A stretch of 64,000 nucleotides of DNA, taken from positions 8,432,001 through 8,496,000 of the forward strand of contig NW_026262701.1 of NCBI RefSeq assembly GCF_021869535.1. Reading direction: 5' to 3'. Source of the DNA: Mytilus californianus. Taxonomy: Eukaryota. The notes below the pieces were generated by a model. The model saw only the letters and a list, made by a program, of their open reading frames with translations. It searched no databases and was not told the origin of the DNA. How positions within the stretch are numbered: position 1 is the first letter of the stretch; each line of letters begins with the position of its first letter. This document shows, in pieces, positions 51,601-63,400 of the stretch. A program made the position numbers and the translations under genes.

Positions 51601-53306
51601 TTTTACAACCCTGCATACTATCGGTAACCACTTAAGGGATCTCTACCTACACGAAACTTTAGAGGCGTTGGTTCAGCAGTTCTTTATTTATTTCTTCGAA
51701 ATGTAGAATTTACATACTCTTTTTTCATTTGTGGATATACTTATGGACTAATTTCACATACCTTTAATAAGACGGCCACAGGCTTTGATTGGAACAGATC
51801 AATGATCTGCCAGAGGAACAGTATGAATGCATCCAGACACAACACAATACCACAGATCATAAACAGTTTCTTGTCTTTTATTACCTTTGAATTGTAAAAT
51901 ATTCAAATTTAGTATGAGTGATTTTTTCTATCATTTATTTATTTATACTAGTATTCAATATTCAATATTTTTATTTCTACTAGGTTCAACCGTAAAATAA
52001 GTATAGTGAACTTTGAACTTTGCTGATCAAATGTAACAAGCAGTATCATTGACTAGAAATACATTGAAAGTGTATAAATACAAACAATCGCGTAACAGAG
52101 AAATAAAGATTGACTGGAAAAATAATTACCACTTTCTTGATGCCAGCATTCCGAAATATCTTGTACACTCTCCAGTTTTTAGAGAAAATTGGTCCAAACA
52201 CCAAGGATACACCAAATACTATCATCCAAAGTCTCATCTGAAAATAAAAATTCATGTTTAAAGAAAATATATCAATAATGTTTGTCGACTATTAAAAGTC
52301 CTGTTCCGTTAGTTAATGTTTACAATTTCTATGGCTTTTAGACATTTTAAACAAAGTATAAATAAAAACAATAACAATTTTTTGAAGTCATCGTTTTTAT
52401 AATTTTGATCCTCTACAAACAGTACCACGGTTGCCTATGACACAATAGCGGAAATCAACATGGTTAAACAGTTGATATTATAACAAAACTGTCCGTTCTC
52501 ATGTACGCTGTTCCATTTTAACTCCTTTAACTCTGATTGTAGGATCAGATGGGGATAAATTTCGAAAAGAACAAAAGCAAATTCAAAATCACCTTTATTA
52601 CATGGCGTCGAATTGGAGATTTAAGACTAATTGGTATTTGGAGATAAGTTGATTCATAGAAAAATCTCAAAGTTTTAAGACAAAAAAAAAACCATAACAT
52701 TCCTGCATACCTGACATGTTACTGTAGCCTCGTGATACCGCTCTACAAAGAAATAGTCCATTCCATACATTAAACAGACAATATTTAACAGTATTCCACC
52801 AACGCTGATCAGTATATTGAGATTCGGACTCGACATTTTCATAAATCTGCAAAAGAGAAAATGAAACTACATATCTGCATATTGCTTCAGTCTATACAGA
52901 ACGGTAGCCTGTGTGTTAATCTACATATGGTACAAGATAGATCGCTTAACATTGAAAACAATTTGATTGATAATAATTCAACTTGATATCACTGAACAAG
53001 CCATCGCATTTCTTGGTCTTTTTCTCAACTGATTTTTCGGCAGGAAAGAATTAATATTTTTTTTACAATGTAAATATTCGAAATTGATATATAATGCAAA
53101 ATTGATATAAAAAAAATGAATAGCGGTAATTTCAGCTGAGTCTGTTCTTTATTTACTAGATACGAAATTAAAGATTCCTACCTTTTATTTCTGTGAAACA
53201 AATTAAAAGTGAGAAAACTGACAGATACAACGACTCCAATAGTGGTGGCAAAACAAGACGTCACGAAAGTCCCCACTGATACAGTTCTGGTCTCCATTGT
53301 CAGCAT
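48677..53306 (-). CDS. GPR156-like: Gene C: class C GPCR, GABA-B/GPR156-like 7TM with C-terminal coiled coil and long tail, ~590 aa, 7 coding exons
   Basis: Minus-strand exons 53329-53182 (ATG at 53306; TM1 ..FLTFNLFHRNK), 52846-52711 (RFMKMSSPNLNILISVGG), 52237-52130 (FGPIFSKNWRVYKIF), 51884-51762 (VIKDKKLF..LFLWQIID), 51264-50923 (WKSLIFSYGLYIAWKTRNV..VFLPK), 50052-49912 (EEEMYQLIAENRALKKSLTE) and 49474-48677. All GT-AG with consistent phases. The family assignment is strong; the specific ortholog is uncertain. Confidence 0.9.
50300..50870 (+). repeat. SINE-like interspersed repeat with GCCACTGAACGTAAAGCAA..CAACCAAC tail, in GPCR intron
   Basis: Homologous to 58950-59480 (opposite strand). 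Tail motif CATGAAATATTTGCCACTG(G/A)ACGT also occurs at ~60-110(-), ~3750-3790 and ~55200(-). Confidence 0.7.
51451..51552 (+). repeat. 24-bp minisatellite, ~4 copies
   Basis: Unit CGAAAAGTAAAATTTACATATCTT. Confidence 0.85.
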
Positions 53307-54702
53307 TCCAACAGCACTGTGGTTCTTAACTGAAAAGTACATAGTGTAATGTTATTATTGATCATGCATGTTTTAGCATATATTATCACACAAGAAATAA
53401 AATGATAGAAACTGCTTTCAACTGTGATAAACGTATCAATTTTAGCTCGAGCAAACTTGTAATAAATAAAAGTGTCGCTTCTATTTGCTTTCAATTCGCT
53501 TTTCGTTCTTATCATTTAAATGTTTGAAATTAGTAAATATGAATGAAAGAAGAATATGTAAAGAATATTTTTGTTTTTGTTTTAAATCATTTAAATAGTT
53601 TTGGAGATTTTATCATAGCTTATCGAGATTTAAAACCGACAGAAGAAAGAGTCATGGGAAACAAACAAGAATTAACTGTAAAATGATACTGTCTTTGTGT
53701 ATACTATCGTATTCCTTACAAACATTTATCTTATTTTCTCGAAAGTTAATGAAATGAATTTAAAATCAAGATTTTTTTCATCGATTTTAAATGAAAATTT
53801 TAAAGATAAATATCTACAGACAGGTACGTGAACCCGACAACTCGATTTGATATAAACAATGTTCTAATTTAAATTACAATTTGTCATGTTATACATTTGT
53901 TTCAATTGAAAATTACAAAAAAACAAGCACTGTTTTCACTATTTATTTCACATTTTATGCATTCTTAACTTGATAAATATGGCTTTATTTTGCAAATGAA
54001 ACCACACTTCAAAATCATCTTTAGTTTGACATTTTAAAAGAATGATGAAAAATCTATTGAAATATTCAAAATTTTATAAATTCATTGCATTTTCTTTCCT
54101 TCAATAAATGAAGATGAACTATTGCGCAACGAAAGCAGTCACATTTCTGATTTCAACGAACCTATTCATAAAAATTGGATCTGGAAAATAATCAAATAGC
54201 TTACCAATTCTATGCTGTATATTTCAAAAAGAGAAATATCTAAAATATAAGTTTGGAAATAAATATTGATATATATATATATGTTATATATGTATAATGT
54301 TTCTACTTTGCTACCGCATTAAGGAGAGAATTTCAACAATAATGATCAGATTTCTCGTTGATGGGTTTTTATACTATAGATTTTAATGATGTGTGACTTA
54401 TTGATCCCTTTTAAAATACTAATTATTGTTGAACTGATAAGTATGTATTGTTTACACCCTCTTACAACAAAGTAAACAATTGGAGGCACTAACAGGAAAC
54501 AATTATCATGTTAATCAGAAATTACAATTCAATTATTTTAATTAGGCACAAACAGGATATATGTTACTATCATTCTATACTATCGCCTTCAGACATTGAT
54601 ACAAATACTTATCATCTTGTATCACACATTTAATCATAAATAAAATAAAATTGATTTTAATAAGTTTAACTATAAAAAGGAAAGAAATTACAATTTACAG
54701 AC

Positions 54703-54740
54703 CTGTTCACCAATAATAAAACTCCTACGTAACAGTCTTT
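54703..54740 (-). other. Probable 38-nt 5' UTR exon of the GPCR gene
   Basis: TTTCAG acceptor and CAG/GT donor on the minus strand. When spliced to the TM1 exon it places in-frame stops upstream of ATG 53306. Confidence 0.45.
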
Positions 54741-56285
54741 CTGAAATTAATATAACATTACTTAAAATTAACTTCTCCCAAAAAAAGACTGTCTAAAATA
54801 TAATATATGCTTTGAGATTTCAATAAGTTATTTATTTACTAAAACCTCTGATATAAATACCCGAATAATAGAAATAAATTCAATTCATAAATTAATTACA
54901 AAAACAACATGTCAAACGGATTAAATCTTTTACGGTTGTGTCAAAACATTTTGTACTTTTTATTTTACGTATCAATTATTATTCAATTCATCTGTTTCTA
55001 TTTTTTACATATTACCATTAATAAAAGAATATTACGTGTGGGTCAATAAGACTTCCAGGGTGGGAGAGGAGGCATATTTTTGCATACTATAGATAATTGC
55101 AATCCCATCGTTTTGATGTCCACATTATAGGCTGATAGAAGATCCAATTAGGCGTGTATTTTAAAATGTAATGAACATCTCACACAATTGTATAGATTGA
55201 TTGTTGGTTGCTTTACGTCCAGTGGCAAAATTGTATAGAGGTCACGGTTAAAGTTTGTTACAGTGCAAAGGCTAATATATCTTTATCGAAAATAAAATGA
55301 AAAGTAGTGTTGAAAAAAGCTGACAGAAAACAATGAACAGAAAGATATTATCGTTTTGAATGAACCAATTAATCTACTTAAATTCTATTTGGTCGTACAT
55401 GAGAAAAGTTTAGCTTTGATCAAAAACCAATTTAAAAGGTTATTGTTTTTTTTGCAATATCAAATTTCACTAATGCTGTCAAATCATGCAAGTTAGATAT
55501 ATTTTAAAGTTATATCAGTAGAAATCATGGTATTTGTCACTGGACGTTTAGCAAATAAAATAAAAAAATCAATTTAAACAATACTAATAAAGTATTACAG
55601 AGTGGTTGGTCGTATGGACCACGACATGTAGTAACTTTCAAATTGGCCTTTCCTACACCGGTCTAGTTGGAAATTAATCTTTCCTACACCGAACTAGTTG
55701 CAATTAATCGATTCATTTCTTTTTCTATTACCAAACTTTTCTTTCAGTATAACAGACATGAAAAGATAAAAACTGTAGACTTCAAACTTGTCAATCTAAG
55801 TTCAAAATTAGTGTGTATTGTAAATCTTCACCCGTAACTATCTTTTGTCTTTCCGTCGTCACTTCGTAACATAACTTAACACCACAATATTATGTTTACA
55901 ACCGATTACCCAAGGTCTAAATCTGATATGTCCGTGTTAACATTGATACTCGAGGGTCTATACATCATAACGCTCAGATTCTATTCTATCATCAACTTAA
56001 AGATGACAGTTCGAAGATCTAACTTCACATCACTGCAGTTTTAATTTTTCTAATCCTGAAGTACAAAACACAACATTTTTGTAATGTTCGATATACATAT
56101 GAGATTATTATCTTCCTTGACATAGAGCCCCTCGTTTTAGCTATGCATGAAATAAGTTACTTAAACAATATGATAGGAGACAATTATGTCATGATTTTAC
56201 TTAAGCAAATGTTAATAAGTTATGTTGATAAATATTAGGAAATAATTTATAGTTTCAAATATGGATATACTATTAAGATAACACC

Positions 56286-59200
56286 ATGATGTTTTGGCAG
56301 GGATTGTTTATGATTCTGTATATTTCACAAACAACAGGTAAGAAAAACTTTTTAAGTTGATGTGGAAAAAAATATAAACTCCATTGAAAAGGTCTCAAAG
56401 ACACCAGAAAATATGACAAAACTAACATATATGAAGCTAACAATACTGTCCTCATTTGGCTACACAAATAGAAATAAGTTACTAGAAGTATATGATAGGA
56501 GAAAATTATATGTATAGCAAAGCTGATGTTAATATGCAATGTCGATAAATTAAATAAATGTGTTTGGTAGAGGATATATTTAAATATATTATATGCACCC
56601 TGGCCTAACAGCAGTCAAATATATGTTTCAATGAAACCCAAATCAGTTAAATTTAACCAACATTTTTCTAAAGACATCTGTCGTCTTTTGTTTTAAAACG
56701 AATCAACATTGTCAATGCGGAAAAAAACCCAGTTTTCAGTTTATCTTGTGTTGTTAAATAAGTGAATACCATTGTATTCCCGCCCTTTCTCCTTATACAA
56801 CACCCGTACCAAACTAGAGCACCACCGATAGAGCGACACCCGTACCAAACTAGAGCACCACCGATAGAGCGACACTCAGCTAGAGCACCACCGATAATGT
56901 CTAACAATTATGATAACGTGCGTTGATGTAAGGAAATAAAAAATAACCCAACACATTTTGTGTAGATGCCAAGTCAGGCTATTGTATGCCTTTTTTTTTA
57001 TGTTTGTAAGAGGGTCTTGCTTGCACGAGCTTGTATTTATTGGTTACTTCTGTTTACTGTCGTGTTATTTTTTTTTTGTGTGATTCATATTATATTTTAT
57101 AAAGTCTTCATGCACACCTGTACTAATTTCCAGGGTATGTCGATATTGAAACTACAGATAACCCTTTATGGATAAAGAAATCCAGATCGTTCAATCTGTC
57201 ATGTAGCGGAGATAAAAAAATGTTTTGGTCCAAAAGTTCCGAACCATTGGAAAGCAATGATAATGTAGTTATCTCGAAGCAACGTTTGGTAACAGGAAGT
57301 ACAGAAAAACACGTGACGAAGATTGCGATCGGCAAAGCCACTTCATCAGACAGTGGAATTTACAACTGCTCAGATGGAATAGAACAAAAAAGCATAGAGG
57401 TCAAAGTTGTTCAAGGCAAGATAACTTGAATAATTTTCACATAAATTCGAAAAGACAAATGTTGTATTGTTCATTATAAAGAGCGTTTTAGTAAAAAGCA
57501 AAATAACAAAAATACCGAACTCCAAGGAAAACCCAATATTTTTTAGAGTACATTACAAAAATGATACTGTTACGTATGATAAATAAATAATAAGAGTATG
57601 AATACAGACTATAATTTTTGTTTTGGGCCTCTGATGGTCAACAAGACACTTGCACTACAGTTTTGGTAGAGATGAAATAGCCCTACAATGCAATCACAAA
57701 ATCATTATATAAAAACACATACTTTGTCATGCTGTATGAGAGACAGGACCAAAGCTATTAAATTAAGTGCATAACTATTATAGCGAAAATAACACTATCA
57801 AATTCCATCTAAGCTATTAACAGCTGTATACTAACAATACAGTTCATGTCAATCATTCAATCATACCACAATTACATTAGACAAAAAGAAATATCCCGAA
57901 TTCATTCATTTTAAGGTCGTGTAAAGATATACCCCTCCAGTGGAATAACAGCATTTGAAGGTGAAACGTTAACCCTTGTTTGTGAGTATGAAGGGGATAC
58001 TAGACTGGATGTAAACTGGTACAAAGACCAGAAAGAATCACTCGCTAGTTACGGATTTGTGTCCAGCAGACGAACGGTGTCCAATCAGAATGTGAAAACT
58101 ACCTTACAAACAACTAAAACCCGACTATCAAGATCTGATAGAAGTTCTTATTACTGTGAAGCTGGTCCGTATATCAAGACAATTGCAATAAATGTTCTTA
58201 CAGGTTTGTATTGTCAGTTTATCGTACAAAAACACAACATAGAATAAAACAATCTACTGTATTGTATTATAGGTGGGAAAAGGTTAGGAATAAGATATGA
58301 ATAAAAGGGGATGCGGGATTATACGTCAATGAGACGACAACTCAACCACAAAAATGACCAAAAGACATCTAGACGTAAACATAAGTTCTCGATAATAGAC
58401 ATCTAAAAGGAAGATTTGTGTTCTGATATTCTGAGGATTTTGTTCCCGCTTCATCATACATGGACCTCATAACATATTTTTGTGTATGATGTGAAGAAAA
58501 TATTTTCCTTTGATAAAAGTAAAAGTAATCTATACAAAGATATATTCTTTGATTTTAATGGAAAAGAATTGAAGATTACCGAACGCAAAGGACGGTTAGT
58601 TTATGTTAATGAAACATACTGACACTATATATTATAGATTCTTGTAATAATCGACTGGTTTCTGGTATGAATGGTGTACCAGATGACAAGATCACAGCTT
58701 TATCATACTACAAAGATATTTTGCATGATGACTCGCCATATTGCGCTCGTCTCAATCATACAAGCAAACCTTTCTGTGGAGGATGGTCTCCTATCGCTAT
58801 GAATACGAGACAGTGGATACAGGTATATCCCACATGTCATTTTATTCATACGATATCTTTCATCAGGTGATGTACATTATCTTCACTCTAGTAAACTGGC
58901 CTCCAATATAGAATGTTAAATTACCACGTAATCCGTAATTAATAATCCATTGCAAAGATTGATTGATTTTTTTTTTATTTTCTTAGTACAGTGGCGAATA
59001 TTTCATTTATATTCAGAACGAGAACCAATTAACAATAAGTATGAAAAATAGGTTCTGCAAGGTAAGGGTCGACCTGGATGAAAAGGGGGAAGAGGACATT
59101 TGGACCGCCGCTGGAAACGTAGGGTATTTTGGATAGGGACATAAATTTTGCCTTGCAGCAGGCCACCTACGGACCCCAAAGAGAGTTGTTGCAAGGATTC

Positions 59201-62200
59201 TTTAACGTGCACTGAGCTTGGCACTATCCTTACACGAGGCATCGGATTGAACGTCAACATTTCGATCGGCTGTGGCTGCGTATTTAACTATTTATACATC
59301 CCGCACTGCAAAGCAGACGCCCTATTGTAGCAAGGGTTTAACTGCCGGTACGGGAAAAGTCAAGGAATGACCATATTTATATACACATTGGAGATCTTTT
59401 GCAAATATAATGGTCTTTAAATGTTGAAAAAATGAATAGAAAGAAGCACAAAATATATAGATTTTGTAAAATGATGTACTAATTATATGTACTAACATAT
59501 TTGACTTTACATTTATGCATTTTAAATTGCCACTGCTGCTTACGATCTACTAGTTAAGTATTCAATTTAACACAGAAAAAGTCATTCTTGTTGGTTGTTA
59601 TCAAAACTCTCTTTTGCAATAAATCTTAAAACACTTCTGCAGGTGTCATTTCCACATTTTACAATAGTACGATCTATAGTGACTGCTGGGAGGTATACAA
59701 ACGAACCACGAAATGAATGGGTAACGGCTTACAGAGTTATATACAGTAAGGATGGAATAAACTGGGATAAATACAAAGATACCAAAGGCAAGATAATGGT
59801 GAGTAGAAATGTTAACCTTAGAAATGCATAAGTCGATTTTACTTTTATTTAAAATATTTGTCACATTTCTTTGCAGCTTGTTCGTGAAGTAAATACTAGT
59901 ATCTCTGATATTAATTGACATAAAATCTCACGAATACTAGTATACCGTGATGTACACAAAATAATATTTTCGAACTATAAATAATCTGCCTTACTTGGTT
60001 AGTTTGTTGGGATGCTGTCTCAATAACAAAATCGAGATGCAATTCATTGGGATTTTTATAAAAATTTGATCATTTTGATAATAATATCTATAAATTCAAT
60101 GTTATGATAAAAGGAGGCTTAAATTTTACAAAACGTTAAATAGAAATTTGCAGGATCAAAACTTGTGTAAATTAATAAGCTATAGACGTACAGAGAAAAG
60201 CGTGACACTTAACCTGGTCTACTTCCCTTGGAAAGAACAAAATTAAGGGAATATGGAAACTCTAGTTAAAAACTTCAAGGGAAAAATTATATATATTTCA
60301 AGTATGCATTTATTTTTTAAAAGATCTAAAAGATAAAAAGGACACTGGAAGAGTAACGTCAGATTATTAATATATTACAGGATTTTGTAGCCAACTTTGA
60401 CAAATCGACCCCGGTATCTACTGAACTTCCCATACCAGTTGTTGCTAGATATCTACGCCTACAACCAATATCATGGAGTCAGAAGATATCTCTCAGATTT
60501 GACGTGGTTGGATGTTTACTACCCACTGGTAATTTTTTATTTACAAATGATTTTGCATGTAACTTGTATTTTGTGACGTTATTCTGTTTTTATCGATTTT
60601 ACAAGCATTATGAGAAAAAAGAACAAAATAGAAATAAGATGTGATATGAGTGTCAATGAGAGAACTCTCCATCCAAATCACAATGTGTAAAAAGTAAACA
60701 GTTATGTAGGCCAAATGCATGTTTATGCGTAGGAACTATTTTGTTTTAAATATGCACTACTTTCCAGTATGTTCTTTTTTGACAGGGTCCGATTAGGTGG
60801 TGTCACATCTTACAAAGTCTATTCAAATTATTTTTGCAAAAAATTCCGCTCAGTCGGTGCTAGGGGCCGTCTTAAACGTGCAGTGAGGTGAGAGTGTGGA
60901 TACCCCATATCCTTTGTTTTTTTTCTATTATAATGGATAGTTTAATATTCCATATAAGAAACACACTTACTAGACAAACCTGAACTATTATCAAATTGTT
61001 ATTGGCCAAGTAAGAAGTTTAAAATGTTATTTCAGAGTTGCGTATCACACAGGAAGACACTGGGAAATTAAACTTGCTCATCCCGAACCAGTTAGATCTT
61101 AAATGTAGCTCCACTGGTCCATTCAGACCTAATATTGTGTGGTATAAAGATGGCGTTAGAATCTTGGACAGTTCTGGATTCACTCAGACAGTAAATACGT
61201 CGTGGCTAGATGACAAGATTGTGTCTACAGCTTCTCTCACAAGGGAGATAACTATGTACAATGATTCAGGACTGTATACTTGTGTCGACAGAACGAGTAA
61301 ACAAAACAAGTCTGTAACAGTGGAAGCTGGTAGGTTCTGGGAAGTCACAAAAAATATTTTTGTTCAGTAATGATTATAAAACAAGATGGCATACAAAGAG
61401 TATGACAGCGAACAGTTTTCAGATTACAACAACTTTGACATTTATCTATTACCATTTACTTAAATTCTCTACAAGTTGTTTATCAAATGTTATATTACAA
61501 AATTCCACCTTTTTTTGAAGTTTATTTTAAATCTGTAAAAATTACCATTCGCAAGAAAATTGGTTGATGAAGAAATATGGTTTTCGCAGTCAATTATGAT
61601 AATTCTAATATATAGACAATAATAGTGCATTGACTTGACATATCAACGATATAAGGATGAGGCTTAGAAACGGGGATATGCGAGGCTCTGCCGAGCTCAT
61701 TCCCCGTTTCGGGCCGAATCCTTATATCGTTGATATGTCAAGTCAATGCACTATTATTGTCTTTATACTGCAATCTAAAAAAAACACATTTTCAATTGTT
61801 GTTTAATATGTTAATGTTATTGTTTTATTTAAATATTGGGAAACTTCCCCCTTTTATAAAAAGGCCTCATATCATGCATGCGGAGAAATATACAACACAA
61901 TGAAATGTACATTACCTGTTGAAACCCGCAATCGATGGTGAACGAATTTGTTTGAGAATGAACTAAAATATCAACAATAAGCATAAAACATAATGATTTA
62001 TAGTTTGCAAACCAAAAATATTGCAAAAGAAATAAGTTTGAGTCGTTGTATACATTGGAAACAAGAACAGGTTGAATAGGTCGTATGAATAATTAATTAT
62101 AATTTCGGCAAATTCTATTTAAATATTCATGAGGAAAAGTGATATCAGGTCAGTGACTGTATATGATATAGAAATATACGGTCAACGCATTTTGACTGCT

Positions 62201-62955
62201 CAAATAGAACGAGTGCAGTATAAATTCAGTTATTGTTATTCCCTCATGCAAACTAGCCATGCCATGTGGTTTATCCTATTGTATCGGTTACCTGATTTTA
62301 TTTTAATTTAACTATAATAAAAACTATCATACTTACATGTAACCAACCATACTTCCTTCTAGTCCATACAAACTGTCGAAAACAGAACATGTAAAAACAC
62401 AGAAAACACACAAAGAGCTTATTTAAAAAGTGCTATTTTCATTCATATACAAAGTTGATGTTCCACGAAAAAGTCTGTTAATGATATATAGGTAAAACTA
62501 CATGCAACAATAAAAAATCTATGACCATAAGATATATGTTTAATGCAGAACTGTTTGTAAGCACTAATGATTATAACATACCATCTTAATTTCCATTTAC
62601 TGTTATATCTAACTGTATTCTCATTTCAATGCACATTTAAATTATTTTCTTTTGTTTTCAGCACAATTGAAAATGAGCCCAACCTTTAAACGAGTATGGG
62701 TTCTAAAGAATACAGAACTTACAGTTTCTTGTGAATATTCTGGTTCAAAGACCAAACGAATAACTTGGAAACACAACAGAAATAAAAATGTACAAAGTTT
62801 AGGTTTTCATGTGGTTACAAACACCAAATTTGAACACAGTGTTTCACACACTACATCGACAATAACAAAGGACACTACGACATTAGATAATGTAAACAAT
62901 ATTACATGTTCTGAAGGGGATCTGTCCAGGACTGTACAAGTGAGAGTGTTGTCAG
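56286..62955 (+). CDS. Gene D (probably partial): signal peptide - Ig - Ig - F5/8 type C (discoidin) - Ig - Ig ... protein
   Basis: Exons 56286-56337 (MMFWQGLFMILYISQTT), 57134-57415 (Ig1, DSGIYNC; GC donor), 57916-58203 (Ig2, WYKD..SSYYCEAG), 58638-58822, 59643-59798 and 60381-60528 (discoidin: SPYCARLN..GGWSP..QWIQV..EWVTAYRVIYSKDGINW..ARYLRLQPISWSQKISLRFDVVGC), 61036-61329 (Ig3, DSGLYTC) and 62662-62955 (Ig4). The last exon ends in a phase-1 GTGAG donor, so further exons are expected but were not found. Confidence 0.88.
56801..56895 (+). repeat. 36-bp minisatellite, ~2.5 copies, in gene D intron 1
   Basis: Unit CACCCGTACCAAACTAGAGCACCACCGATAGAGCGA. Confidence 0.85.
58950..59480 (-). repeat. 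SINE-like repeat (family of 50300-50870) in gene D intron
   Basis: TTGATTGAT..CAGTGGCGAATATTTCAT tail in antisense. ORF-track peptides at 59003-59260 and 50549-50776 align (PMPR..LS.G.VG.LLQGK..VPI) only because the DNA is homologous. Confidence 0.7.
61612..62225 (+). mobile_element. Terminal-palindrome element, copy 2 (gene D intron)
   Basis: Near-identical to 41484-42129 except for a ~30-bp internal deletion and a few substitutions. Confidence 0.9.
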
Positions 62956-63059
62956 GTGAGCAAAACATATATGTGAAATGATTTATGTCGACTAGAATAA
63001 TGTCCGTTTTGTTGTTTGTCCGTGTGCAAGTTAAGGGGTGTAGTTGTTTCTTCCTACGA

Positions 63060-63400
63060 CTGATTTTGTGTTTTTTCGTACTTTATAAAAATCTTTTTGT
63101 CCGTACGTCAATATTCTTGTTTGTCCGTATCCATGTCTTTTTTGCTGTATGTCCGTATGTTTGTTTTATTGTTTGTCCGTACGTCTATTTTAATGTTTGT
63201 CCGTATGCCTGTTTTGCTGTTCGTTCCTATGCCTGTTTTGTTGTTTGTCCGTACGTCTGTTTTGCTATCTTTCCGTATGACGGATTTGTTGTATCGCCAT
63301 ACGACTGTTTTGTTGTATCTCCGTTGGCTGTTTTGTTGTTTCTCCGTATACATGTTTTGTTGTTCCTACTAACATCTGTTTTGTTAGTTTTGATTTGTAT
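63060..63400 (+). repeat. Degenerate 24-bp minisatellite, ~12 copies
   Basis: Unit approximately TTTGTCCGTA(C/T)G(T/C)CTGTTTTG(C/T)TG. It generates the spurious Cys/Val/Phe-rich ORFs. Confidence 0.85.

Noticed and set aside
56801-56895. CRISPR-like 36-bp repeats (also 24-bp repeats at 51451)
   Set aside because: The repeats are contiguous with no unique spacers, there are no cas genes, and the context is a eukaryotic intron.
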